Positions 48,490-56,737 of a DNA stretch of 56,737 bases are shown in pieces. Under the pieces are notes generated by a model. That model had not been told where the DNA came from. It worked only from the letters and a program-made list of their open reading frames with translations, and ran no database searches. Origin of the DNA: an uncultured Bacteroidales bacterium (GTDB lineage Bacteria > Bacteroidota > Bacteroidia > Bacteroidales > JAGOPY01); assembly GCA_964644135.1 (NCBI GenBank), contig CAZXWD010000005.1:4491-61227 (forward strand), written 5' to 3'. A program made the translations under genes and the position numbers. Within the stretch, counting starts at the first letter, position 1. Each line of letters begins with the position of its first letter.

Positions 48490-49686
48490 TCAGAAGAACA
48501 TTCTTGAATTTGTTTTGTCGAGGGTCATATTATAGACGCTCTTCAAAATATCCCTGTCGATAGAATTAAACTCGAGGCCTCTGCGGGCATACATTTTACG
48601 GGCAACATCCAGGGCTTTCTGAAAGTCGAATCCCCTGAAACCGGAAGTGCCTCCCCAGAGGAAGCTCGGGACAAAATTCCGCTGGTAGCCCCCGCCGTAG
48701 ACATTTGTATTGATCCCAATGACGGTGCCTGTATTGAACATTGTGTTTATGCCGCATTTAGAATGATCGCCCATAATAAGGCCACAGAACTGAAGGCCGG
48801 TTTCCACAAAGGTCTGGTCACCATAGTTCCACACCTTCACATTATCGTAAGTGTTTTTAAGGTTGCTTGTGTTGGAATCGGCGCCTATGTTGCACCACTC
48901 CCCTATTACGGAGTTGCCCATAAAGCCATCGTGGGCCTTGTTTGAATAGCCGAAGATCACCGAGTTGTTAATCTCGCCGCCAACTTTTGAGAAAGGCCCT
49001 ACAGTTGTTGGTCCGTATATTTTGGCACCCATTTTGACAACGGCATTTTCACCAAGTGAAAAGGGCCCTCTTATCAGGCTGCCTTCCATTATCTCGGCAT
49101 TTTTTCCAATGTAGATAGGCCCGCTTTCCGAGTTCAGGACCGCTCCCCTGACAACAGCACCCTCTTCGACAAAAATATCTTTTCCGAATACAGTGTTGGA
49201 CTTGTCGAGTGCAGCAGATTTTTTGCCTTGAGTAAGCAGTTTGTAATCATCCCTGATGGCCCTGTCGTTGAAATTGAAAATATCCCAGGTATAATCTATT
49301 TTCAGAAAATCTGAAGAGGACTCCACTACATTGACACCTTCAACATTGTCCTCGTCCATATTTTCAAGGTCGGTTGATTCCACCCTCATGGCGGCGATCA
49401 CTTCTCCTTTCACAAGCACATCATTGTTATTGAGCTTGCTTATTTCTTTTACCAGTTCAGGCGTCGGACAGATCGATCCGTTGATCATGATATTGTCCTT
49501 TTCCTCTTTGATCGGGTATTTTTCACTGAGAAAATCCTCTGTAAGGGTTGAGGTTGTTACACCAAGGTACTTTTCCCATTTTTCCCTGATGGTTGTGATG
49601 CCAATCCTGATATCTGCAACCGGACGTAAATAGGTAAGAGGAAGGAGGTTGCTTCTTCTGAAATTGTCGAACAGGACGTAATTCAT
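48490..49686 (-). CDS. GlmU-like putative sugar nucleotidyltransferase (Bacteroidota alternative GlmU family)
   Basis: LLPLTYLRPVADIRIGITTIREKW; hexapeptide region; HDGFMGNS; FCGLIMGDHSK. Confidence 0.88.
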   Translation of the reverse strand: MNYVLFDNFRRSNLLPLTYLRPVADIRIGITTIREKWEKYLGVTTSTLTEDFLSEKYPIKEEKDNIMINGSICPTPELVKEISKLNNNDVLVKGEVIAAMRVESTDLENMDEDNVEGVNVVESSSDFLKIDYTWDIFNFNDRAIRDDYKLLTQGKKSAALDKSNTVFGKDIFVEEGAVVRGAVLNSESGPIYIGKNAEIMEGSLIRGPFSLGENAVVKMGAKIYGPTTVGPFSKVGGEINNSVIFGYSNKAHDGFMGNSVIGEWCNIGADSNTSNLKNTYDNVKVWNYGDQTFVETGLQFCGLIMGDHSKCGINTMFNTGTVIGINTNVYGGGYQRNFVPSFLWGGTSGFRGFDFQKALDVARKMYARRGLEFNSIDRDILKSVYNMTLDKTNSRMFF

Positions 49687-49708
49687 TGATTCTGAAAATA
49701 ATTAAATG

Positions 49709-49716
49709 CAAAATTA
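49709..49716 (-). promoter_or_regulatory. sigmaA -7 element (TAATTTTG) for the GlmU-like gene
   Basis: Exact TAnnTTTG 23 nt before ATG. Confidence 0.55.
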
Positions 49717-49867
49717 ACTGGAATAACAAAAATAATCAGAGTTCCTTTAAATTATATTGATCAAAAGCCTGCTTTATTATATATTTATTAACAAACAACC
49801 CACATTTTTGCTCATAATAACGCAATATTCTGCAACGAAGTATGCAATTTAAAGGCCTGGCCGGAAC

Positions 49868-49894
49868 AAAAAAAGCCATCCTTTCGGGATGGCT
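49868..49894 (-). terminator. Intrinsic terminator after rpmE2
   Basis: Minus strand AGCCATCC-CGAAA-GGATGGCT followed by a T run. Confidence 0.88.
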
Positions 49895-49914
49895 CTTGAA
49901 TATTGTTTGATTTC

Positions 49915-50175
49915 TTATTTCTTTTCAAGATGTTTCTTGTAGCGGCTCTTGAACTTATCCACGCGCCCTGCGGTATCCACGAGCTTCATCTTACCTGTGT
50001 AGAACGGATGGCTCGTATTGGATATCTCTAGTTTAACAAGAGGATATTCCTTACCGTCTTCCCACTTGACTGTTTCTTTTGAAGGGGTTGTTGAACGGGT
50101 AAGGAATGAATATCCGTTCGACATGTCCTTGAAAACTACAAGCCTGTATTCCTTTGGATGTATATCTTTCTTCAT
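49915..50175 (-). CDS. rpmE2: 50S ribosomal protein L31 type B (no Zn ribbon)
   Basis: [33 protein letters not shown]; start moved to 50175. Confidence 0.96.
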   Translation of the reverse strand: MKKDIHPKEYRLVVFKDMSNGYSFLTRSTTPSKETVKWEDGKEYPLVKLEISNTSHPFYTGKMKLVDTAGRVDKFKSRYKKHLEKK

Positions 50176-50202
50176 TTTTAAGCCTCTTTTGATTTCGGCC
50201 TG

Positions 50203-50210
50203 CAAAAATA
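50203..50210 (-). promoter_or_regulatory. sigmaA -7 element (TATTTTTG) for rpmE2
   Basis: Exact TAnnTTTG 28 nt before ATG 50175. Confidence 0.6.
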
Positions 50211-50323
50211 GGAAATTATTTGTTTATGGCAAAACCTGCTTATAGATTTTTCTTTTGATAAATCTAATGCAAATTCAGAATATTAACCCATATTAAAACA
50301 ATTCCTGTCCCTTGAAACATATG

Positions 50324-50352
50324 AAAAAGGCTGGATTCTTTAAACCCAGCCC
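50324..50352 (-). terminator. Intrinsic terminator after the 50377-51141 gene
   Basis: Minus strand GGCTGG...CCAGCC followed by TTTTT. Confidence 0.7.
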
Positions 50353-50376
50353 TTCACGCATATTCTGATGATCTTT

Positions 50377-51141
50377 TTATCTGTGTATTCTCCAGGATCT
50401 CAGAAGAGTAAATAGAATGATCAGTCCCAGGCCGACAAAAAGGGCCCAATTGGAAACTGGCACATCTTCCGGCTGCGTACCTGGTGTTTCACTTCCAAAA
50501 GTTATGTCATCAAAACCACACTGGTTAGCAACACCTATAAAAAGTACCGAATGGGCCACACCATCAAAAGTAACTCCTACTGGATCCCAGTTACAGAATG
50601 CGCCAGTCGGATCTCCCGTGCAGCCGCCATCTTCCCAATTTATAGGCAAAGGCAATGAGGCCAGGAGGTTTCCGGTTCCATCTAGACCATCATAAACTTC
50701 CACCGAACCTGCAGAAGTATTCAAAGTATAGTAAAAGGAAAAACCATCCACAAACCCATCCGGAATATTCATCCCTGCTGCGGCGCCGGTAAGAAAGAAC
50801 ATAACAGTGCTTGGTGAGGGCTCATTAGCAAAATTACCCGTTCCGCCGTCGTCGGAATCAATAACCGATAAGGTATTACCGAGGAATTCCACACCGTAGT
50901 CTGTACCTGAAAATCCTAAAGCGCTTGTTCCCCCGTTATAGAAATCAAGTATTTCATCTGTATCACCAAGGCCTTCAAAATCAAGTACGACTACATCCCT
51001 GTTCTGTGATTGCTGGCTTTGTCCGTTCTCAATAATTTCCTGTTTGGTGATAGTGGGTTTTACATCGGGGTTGTGTATACCCTGTGAAAAGAGTGTACCA
51101 AAAGTAAATATTGCAATAACAGTAAAAATGATCCTTTTCAT
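50377..51141 (-). CDS. Exported protein with a PEP-CTERM-type domain and an IPTL-CTERM-like C-terminal anchor
   Basis: Signal peptide; LDFEGL..FYNGG..GNFANEPSPSTV..FDDITFG domain; tail DVPVSNWALFVGLGLIILFTLLRSWRIHR. Confidence 0.8.
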   Translation of the reverse strand: MKRIIFTVIAIFTFGTLFSQGIHNPDVKPTITKQEIIENGQSQQSQNRDVVVLDFEGLGDTDEILDFYNGGTSALGFSGTDYGVEFLGNTLSVIDSDDGGTGNFANEPSPSTVMFFLTGAAAGMNIPDGFVDGFSFYYTLNTSAGSVEVYDGLDGTGNLLASLPLPINWEDGGCTGDPTGAFCNWDPVGVTFDGVAHSVLFIGVANQCGFDDITFGSETPGTQPEDVPVSNWALFVGLGLIILFTLLRSWRIHR

Positions 51142-51179
51142 AATCTGGTTTTTTGGTTAATTAATTTGATTTTCTGCCA

Positions 51180-51187
51180 CAAATATA
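51180..51187 (-). promoter_or_regulatory. sigmaA -7 element (TATATTTG)
   Basis: Exact TAnnTTTG about 40 nt before ATG 51141. Confidence 0.6.
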
Positions 51188-51225
51188 TCACCCGATTGTA
51201 ATGTAATGCAAGAAATTGTTGTATG

Positions 51226-51258
51226 CCTAAGCGCAGTATTTGTACACCTAAGCGCAGT
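51226..51258 (-). promoter_or_regulatory. Direct repeat CCTAAGCGCAGT x2 at 21-bp period (LytTR-type operator geometry)
   Basis: Exact 12-mers at 51226-51237 and 51247-51258, upstream of the -7 element. Confidence 0.6.
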
Positions 51259-51357
51259 TTACCCTGGTAGTACTATATCAATATATGATTATAGTTCAGA
51301 TATAAAACGCTTACAATGAGAAGCTTAAAGCTTAAAAGGATCTAAGTTGTTTTAATA

Positions 51358-52425
51358 TCAGACCTCACCTGTCAAAAACAACACTACATCCATATTATCT
51401 GCATAATCCCAAAGTTCAGGCTTTTGGGTCTTTCCGAAAGGAATGGCACCTTTAACCATCGTTACATCAGAAACCACACATTGGATATTGTCACTCAGAC
51501 TTTGCAAGATGTCTGATACCTCATCTATTGAAGTATAATATTCAAAATAAGCCACTGAAACAGGTGAGCTCAGCGATTTGTTTTCCGTCAGCAACAGGTT
51601 TCCGCTATCAAGGTGTTTTATATTATTTATCAGGAAAATGGATCTCTGATAATCATAATTATTTCTGTATTTGCTATGCTCGGGAAGGTCCGGGTAATTC
51701 TCAGTTATCCTGAGCAAAGGACTGAAGTCATACCCTTCAGGCACAAATAGTTTTGACACATTACGGCAGCCAAGCCCGAAATACCTGAGCATGTCGCCGG
51801 CAAGACCCCGGAGGTCTTCGCCGCTTTCTGCACCTGTAAGAACTGCTACGCCATTCCTGTTCTTCCTTATGATATTCGGGTACTTTCCAAAGTAATATTC
51901 GAAGTACCTTGCCGTATTATCACTGCCTGTGGCAATAACGGCATCAAACCCTTCCAGGCGGCCCTCGGTAAATTCAACAAGTCCTTTTATTTCAGGGTAC
52001 TCTTGCTCCATTAGCCCGAAAATTCCGGGCAGGAGGATCTTATCATTTGAGGAAAGCCTTACAACTGACCTGGTACCGGTAAGAAGGATACAAAGAAGGT
52101 CATGCATCCCTACCATCGGGATGTTTCCTGCTGTCACCAGGCCCAATTTGCTGAACTTCCTGTTGAACCCACCGGAAATTTTATACATATCAGCCCACTT
52201 AGTGATCTTTTCAGGTGTCAGGGCTTCACCCCATGCCTCATAGGCATGTTTGATGTTTTCTGTCGTGAACCAGGGATTTTCGGCAGATGCCTTATCAGCC
52301 AGTTGGCAAAGCTTATCATTGACCGTACCCTCAATGGGATTGCTTGTTCTGCCATTCCCGGCAAAGCTCCTGAACCACTCCCCGGCAGTTTTTAACAGTC
52401 CTGTTCTTTCCTTAAGTCCCGGCAT
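51358..52425 (-). CDS. Acyl-CoA reductase (LuxC-like)
   Basis: ENPWFT, AGNIPMVG, KLSSND-like, VIATGSDNT, YFGLGCRNVSK. Confidence 0.88.
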   Translation of the reverse strand: MPGLKERTGLLKTAGEWFRSFAGNGRTSNPIEGTVNDKLCQLADKASAENPWFTTENIKHAYEAWGEALTPEKITKWADMYKISGGFNRKFSKLGLVTAGNIPMVGMHDLLCILLTGTRSVVRLSSNDKILLPGIFGLMEQEYPEIKGLVEFTEGRLEGFDAVIATGSDNTARYFEYYFGKYPNIIRKNRNGVAVLTGAESGEDLRGLAGDMLRYFGLGCRNVSKLFVPEGYDFSPLLRITENYPDLPEHSKYRNNYDYQRSIFLINNIKHLDSGNLLLTENKSLSSPVSVAYFEYYTSIDEVSDILQSLSDNIQCVVSDVTMVKGAIPFGKTQKPELWDYADNMDVVLFLTGEV

Positions 52426-52450
52426 CTTTTAAAAAAGTACAATTACAGTT

Positions 52451-52458
52451 CAAAATTA
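52451..52458 (-). promoter_or_regulatory. sigmaA -7 element (TAATTTTG) for the acyl-CoA reductase
   Basis: Exact TAnnTTTG 26 nt before ATG. Confidence 0.55.
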
Positions 52459-52504
52459 ACATTAATTAATTGTTTACTTATTAACAATGAACAGGGCTAA
52501 TTCT

Positions 52505-52512
52505 TATCTTTG
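52505..52512 (+). promoter_or_regulatory. sigmaA -7 element (TATCTTTG) for the serC operon
   Basis: Exact TAnnTTTG 50 nt before ATG. Confidence 0.6.
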
Positions 52513-52562
52513 CCGCAAACGTTAAAAACCAATTAACCGGAACCTTATACAAAACAGTAAGT

Positions 52563-53636
52563 ATGAAAAAGCATAATTTTTACGCAGGACCTTCCATTCT
52601 TCCACAGTACACACTCGAAAACACAGCGAAGGCAGTACTCGATCTCGACGGCATTGGGTTGTCAATCATGGAGATCTCACACAGAAGCAAAGAATTCCAG
52701 GCTGTTATGGATGAAGCCCAGGCGCTCTTCAGGGAATTATTGAACATACCCGATGGGTATTCCGTTGTTTTCCTTGGCGGAGGCGCCAGCCTGCAATTCT
52801 GCATGGTGCCTTACAACCTGATGAAAAGCAAGGCTGCCTACCTGAACACCGGGTCATGGTCGAAAAAAGCCATAAAAGAGGCTAAAATATTTGGCGAAGT
52901 GGATGTAGTCGGCTCTTCAGAAGACAAGAATTTCAGTTATATTCCAAAGGGGTATGAAATACCATCGGATGCCGATTATTTCCACATTACAACCAACAAT
53001 ACAATTTACGGAACAGAGATCAAGGAGGATTATGACGTAGATATGCCTTTAGTGGCGGATATGTCGTCGGATATCTTCAGCCGCCCCCTGGATGTTTCCA
53101 AATATGCGATCATTTATGGCGGTGCCCAGAAAAACCTTGCCCCGGCAGGTGTAACTTTCGTGATCATAAAAGATGACATCCTTGGAAAAGTTGACCGGGC
53201 CATACCTACTATGTTGAATTACCAGACACACATAGACAAAGGATCGATGTTCAACACCCCCCCTGTTACGGCAATCTATTCGGCCCTCCAGACCCTTAAG
53301 TGGCTCAAGGAAAAAGGCGGTATTGCACAAATGCACATGATAAACAAGGAGAAAGCAGGGATGCTCTACAAGGAGATCGAAAGGAACAGCCTGTTTGTAC
53401 CCACTGTTAAAGATCCAGAGGATCAATCCCTAATGAACGTTTGTTTTGTGATGGCCGAAGGAAAGGAAGACCTCGAAAAGCCGTTCCTTGAGTATGCCAC
53501 CGAAAGGGGAATGATAGGCATAAAAGGCCACCGCTCGGTAGGAGGCTTCAGGGCTTCACTCTATAATGCATTACCAAAGGAAAGTGTGGAAGCACTTATA
53601 GGCGTGATGCAGGAATTTGAGCAAAACCAGGGTTGA
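52563..53636 (+). CDS. serC: Phosphoserine aminotransferase
   Basis: [46 protein letters not shown]. Confidence 0.98.
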   Translation: MKKHNFYAGPSILPQYTLENTAKAVLDLDGIGLSIMEISHRSKEFQAVMDEAQALFRELLNIPDGYSVVFLGGGASLQFCMVPYNLMKSKAAYLNTGSWSKKAIKEAKIFGEVDVVGSSEDKNFSYIPKGYEIPSDADYFHITTNNTIYGTEIKEDYDVDMPLVADMSSDIFSRPLDVSKYAIIYGGAQKNLAPAGVTFVIIKDDILGKVDRAIPTMLNYQTHIDKGSMFNTPPVTAIYSALQTLKWLKEKGGIAQMHMINKEKAGMLYKEIERNSLFVPTVKDPEDQSLMNVCFVMAEGKEDLEKPFLEYATERGMIGIKGHRSVGGFRASLYNALPKESVEALIGVMQEFEQNQG

Positions 53637-53724
53637 ATTTAAACTGAATTCTATAAGGAATACCGCAAAATATTGTGTTTTGCGGCTACAATTTATATCT
53701 TTATAACTTTCATATACACAAATT

Positions 53725-54645
53725 ATGAAAAAAGTACTAGTTGCAACAGTTAAACCATTTGCAAAAGCAGCAGTTGAAGGAATTGGAGAAATCCTCGACA
53801 ATGCAGGCTATGAACTCGTTTTGCTTGAGAAGTATGCCGACCAGCAGGAACTGATCAATGCCGTTGATGGAATGGATGCTCTTATTGTAAGAAGCGACAT
53901 AGTCGACAAGGATGTCGTTGCTGCAGGAAAGGACCTGAAAATTATCGTGCGTGCCGGTGCCGGATATGACAACATCGACCTTGATGCCGCTACGGCAAAG
54001 GATATTGTTGTCATGAACACCCCCGGCCAAAACTCAAATGCCGTCGCAGAGCTTGCCCTTGGTATGATGGTGTACCAGGCCAGGAACCAGTTCAACGGGA
54101 AACCCGGAACAGAACTTCTCGGTAAAAAGCTCGGGATCCATGCCTTTGGAAATGTCGGCAGGCATGTTGCAAGAATAGCTAAGGGATTTGGAATGATAGT
54201 GACTGCTTACGATCCTTTCATAACCGATGAAGAAATTAAAAACGAAGGTGTGGAAGTGGTCAAAACAGCAGAAGATCTGTATTCCAACTGCCAGTATATA
54301 TCGTTGCACATCCCTTCGAATGAAAAGACCCGGAAATCGATAAATAATGATCTGCTGAAATTAATGCCAAAAGGGGCAACGCTTGTCAATACAGCCAGGA
54401 AAGAGGTTATAGATGAAGACTCAATGATGAAAACATTTACGGAGAGGGAAGACTTCAGCTATGTATCCGATATTGCCCCCGACAATGCAGAAGTGCTTAA
54501 GGAAAAGTTTGGTGCACGTTGTTTCTTCACGCCAAAGAAGATGGGCGCCCAGACTGCCGAAGCAAACATCAACGCAGGTCTGGCAGCAGCAAATCAGATC
54601 ATTGACTTTATAGAGAAAGGAGACACTACTTTCAAGGTGAACTGA
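53725..54645 (+). CDS. serA: D-3-phosphoglycerate dehydrogenase (short SerA type)
   Basis: VRAGAGYDNID, NTPGQNSNAVAEL, VNTARKE; between serC and DUF1015. Confidence 0.85.
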   Translation: MKKVLVATVKPFAKAAVEGIGEILDNAGYELVLLEKYADQQELINAVDGMDALIVRSDIVDKDVVAAGKDLKIIVRAGAGYDNIDLDAATAKDIVVMNTPGQNSNAVAELALGMMVYQARNQFNGKPGTELLGKKLGIHAFGNVGRHVARIAKGFGMIVTAYDPFITDEEIKNEGVEVVKTAEDLYSNCQYISLHIPSNEKTRKSINNDLLKLMPKGATLVNTARKEVIDEDSMMKTFTEREDFSYVSDIAPDNAEVLKEKFGARCFFTPKKMGAQTAEANINAGLAAANQIIDFIEKGDTTFKVN

Positions 54646-54718
54646 CCGGTCCGGGGTGGTTTAATGCAATTAGCGACTGAAACCAGAACCATAATATTAA
54701 CCAATTAAATCAACCTCT

Positions 54719-55225
54719 ATGGAAGCTACACAATCTGATCGCGGAAATACTTTCTTTCGCTTCGAAGACCTCAGGATCTATCACAAGTCGCTGGAGTACA
54801 TTAAATGGGTGCATCAAAATACTGCCATGTATAGTGAAACCCAGAACCGTAACCTGACCGAAAAGTTCAACGAGGCTGCGCACTCCATCGCAGTGAATAT
54901 TGCCGAAGGATCTGCCAGGAACAAAAGCCAGTTCATTTATTACCTGAAAATGGCCAAAAGTTCGGTAAGGGAATGCCTTGTCTTTACATCGTTATTGAAG
55001 AGCCTTGAGCTCCTTGACGAAGAGCAGGAAGATATTTCGAGGAATTATCTGATGGAAATGACCAAGATGATAGGAGCCCTCATTTCTTCCCTTCAAAGAG
55101 GCCAGGGAGGCAGCAGGGACAAAGACTATGACGATGATAGCGATGACAAACACAGTGAAAGGGGCAGACATCATCATGACCATGATATGCCTGTTGACAA
55201 TCAAATTGGACACAATAACTACTAA
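54719..55225 (+). CDS. Four-helix-bundle protein (23S rRNA IVP/Avd-like) with a D/H-rich tail
   Basis: FRFEDLRIY..SIAVNIAEGS..F..YLKMAKSSVREC..MIGALISSL. Confidence 0.85.
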   Translation: MEATQSDRGNTFFRFEDLRIYHKSLEYIKWVHQNTAMYSETQNRNLTEKFNEAAHSIAVNIAEGSARNKSQFIYYLKMAKSSVRECLVFTSLLKSLELLDEEQEDISRNYLMEMTKMIGALISSLQRGQGGSRDKDYDDDSDDKHSERGRHHHDHDMPVDNQIGHNNY

Positions 55226-55245
55226 CTAATTCTGAACAGATAATT

Positions 55246-56493
55246 ATGGCGGTTATCAAAGCTTTTAAAGGACTCAGGCCTCCTGATGAAATAGCAAAGG
55301 ACCTGGCGTCGAGACCTTACGACGTACTAAACTCACAGGAAGCAAGAAAAGAAGCAGAAGGCAACGAATATTCCCTGCTTCACATCATCAAGCCCGAAAT
55401 AGACCTCCCCCAAGGTACCGACCTTTATTCACAGGTGGTTTATGATACGGCAAAACTGAACTTCCGGAAATTCAGGGATAACAAATGGCTTGTGCAGGAT
55501 GAAAAAGAAAACCTTTACATCTACGCACAGACAATGAACGGAAAGACCCAGTACGGACTGGTAGCCTGCGCTTCTGTTGATGATTACATGAACGATGTGA
55601 TCAAAAAACATGAGCTTACCCGCCCCGACAAAGAAGAAGACAGGAAGAACCACGTAAGGGTTACCAATGCCAACATGGAACCGGTGTTTTTCTCTTATCC
55701 GGCAATAAAGGAAATCGATGATATCATCAGCGATTTTACGGGTAAGAATGAGCCGGTCTATGATTTTGTTGCTGAAGATGGCATAGGTCATCATTTCTGG
55801 GTCATAGATGATAAGGCAATCATTGAGAAACTGATCAGCCTTTTTAATGAAATACCCAATACCTACGTTGCTGACGGGCATCATAGAACGGCTGCAGCAG
55901 CCCTTGTCGGAGATGAAAAACGCAAAGCCAACCCGAATCATACAGGGGACGAAGAGTACAATTATTTCCTCGCTGTGCATTTTCCGGACGACCAGCTAAC
56001 GATAATAGACTATAATCGCGTAGTGAAAGACCTTAATGGTTTAACTGCGGACGATTTTATCGATAAGCTCAAGGAATCGTTCGATGTGGAAAAAACAGGC
56101 ACAGAGGAATACAAGCCTTCCCGTCTTCATGAATTCAGCATGTACCTCGAAGGTAACTGGTATGTAATGAAAGCGAAAGAAGGCACTTACGATGACAATG
56201 ACCCCATAGGTGTGCTGGATGTGACCATATTGTCAAATCATGTCCTCGACAAGATCCTTGACATCAAAGACCTGAGAAGGGACAAGAGGATTGACTTTGT
56301 CGGAGGCATAAGGGGGCTTGGTGAGCTAAAAAAGAGGGTCGACAGCGGGGAGATGAAAGTAGCCTTTGCACTCTACCCGGTAAGCATGCAGCAATTGATC
56401 GACATTGCTGATTCAGGAAATATCATGCCACCGAAAACCACATGGTTTGAACCCAAGCTGCGCAGCGGACTGGTGGTGCACCTGCTTGACTGA
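55246..56493 (+). CDS. DUF1015 family protein
   Basis: FKGLRP, SRPYDV, KKHELTRPDKE, YVADGHHRTAAA, MPPKTTWFEPKLRSGL. Confidence 0.93.
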   Translation: MAVIKAFKGLRPPDEIAKDLASRPYDVLNSQEARKEAEGNEYSLLHIIKPEIDLPQGTDLYSQVVYDTAKLNFRKFRDNKWLVQDEKENLYIYAQTMNGKTQYGLVACASVDDYMNDVIKKHELTRPDKEEDRKNHVRVTNANMEPVFFSYPAIKEIDDIISDFTGKNEPVYDFVAEDGIGHHFWVIDDKAIIEKLISLFNEIPNTYVADGHHRTAAAALVGDEKRKANPNHTGDEEYNYFLAVHFPDDQLTIIDYNRVVKDLNGLTADDFIDKLKESFDVEKTGTEEYKPSRLHEFSMYLEGNWYVMKAKEGTYDDNDPIGVLDVTILSNHVLDKILDIKDLRRDKRIDFVGGIRGLGELKKRVDSGEMKVAFALYPVSMQQLIDIADSGNIMPPKTTWFEPKLRSGLVVHLLD

Positions 56494-56518
56494 TCGCCTG
56501 AAGAACCTTAATTAGTTT

Positions 56519-56737
56519 CTACAGATCGATAAACTCCTGGAAGAGTACCTGGAGATAGGCTTTGCCTTCATCAACCAGTTGCTCTTTCTCTAATTGTGAA
56601 GCAGCCGTATCAATGTTGAACTGGTAATAATAGTCCCAGTCCCAGCTATACACGAATTCACCTGCAGGCCGTTTCCATCCGAACGCATAATGAAGCTCGA
56701 AATAGGCATATTCAGGTGAATACGGATTGAAAAGGTC
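56519..56737 (-). CDS. 3' end of a CDS truncated by the window edge
   Basis: Open frame from 56737 to TAG: DLFNPYSPEYAYFELHYAFGWKRPAGEFVYSWDWDYYYQFNIDTAASQLEKEQLVDEGKAYLQVLFQEFIDL*. Confidence 0.65.
   Translation of the reverse strand, partial: DLFNPYSPEYAYFELHYAFGWKRPAGEFVYSWDWDYYYQFNIDTAASQLEKEQLVDEGKAYLQVLFQEFIDL

Noticed and set aside
51321-51336. AAGCTTAAAGCTTAAA as a second site of the 18.3-kb CTTAA array
   Set aside because: Only two copies 7 bp apart, not helically phased, in AT-rich DNA.
54719-55225. Diversity-generating retroelement suggested by the Avd-like fold
   Set aside because: No reverse transcriptase and no template/variable repeat pair seen in the window.
1-56737. tRNA, rRNA, riboswitch or IS elements
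   Set aside because: No T-loop/CCA pattern, rRNA signature, recognisable riboswitch core or transposase seen by eye; an Infernal/tRNAscan run would be needed to exclude them formally.

Overview
Core-chromosome segment of a Bacteroidota bacterium, probably an environmental Bacteroidales-like lineage. Supporting signs are TAnnTTTG promoters, T9SS cargo and PorD, Bacteroidota-type RpoZ and type-B L31. It holds about 52 mostly housekeeping CDSs (rplS, trmD, ndk, uvrB, gyrA, clpC, fabI, recN, coaBC, bamD, dapA, lon, serC/serA). I found no rRNA, tRNA, CRISPR array, transposase or phage structural gene. Strongest non-routine signals: (1) a near-canonical XerCD dif site at 22252-22279 with an extra XerC-like arm, a second perfect XerD arm and flanking palindromes, so the window probably spans the replication terminus; (2) a helically phased CTTAA array over the promoter of an uncharacterised 382-aa putative DNA-binding protein; (3) a steroid 5-alpha-reductase plus 3-beta-HSD-like gene pair; (4) a PEP-CTERM-type domain carrying a VPVSNW-TM-basic (IPTL-CTERM-like) sorting tail, with upstream 21-bp-spaced direct repeats; (5) a probable sulfonolipid synthase followed by a roughly 40% K/R membrane protein; (6) sigma54-like motifs at clpC and lon, a REP/heptamer composite repeat, and a terminator hidden inside cysQ. 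All family calls come from motif recognition by eye; no database searches were run.
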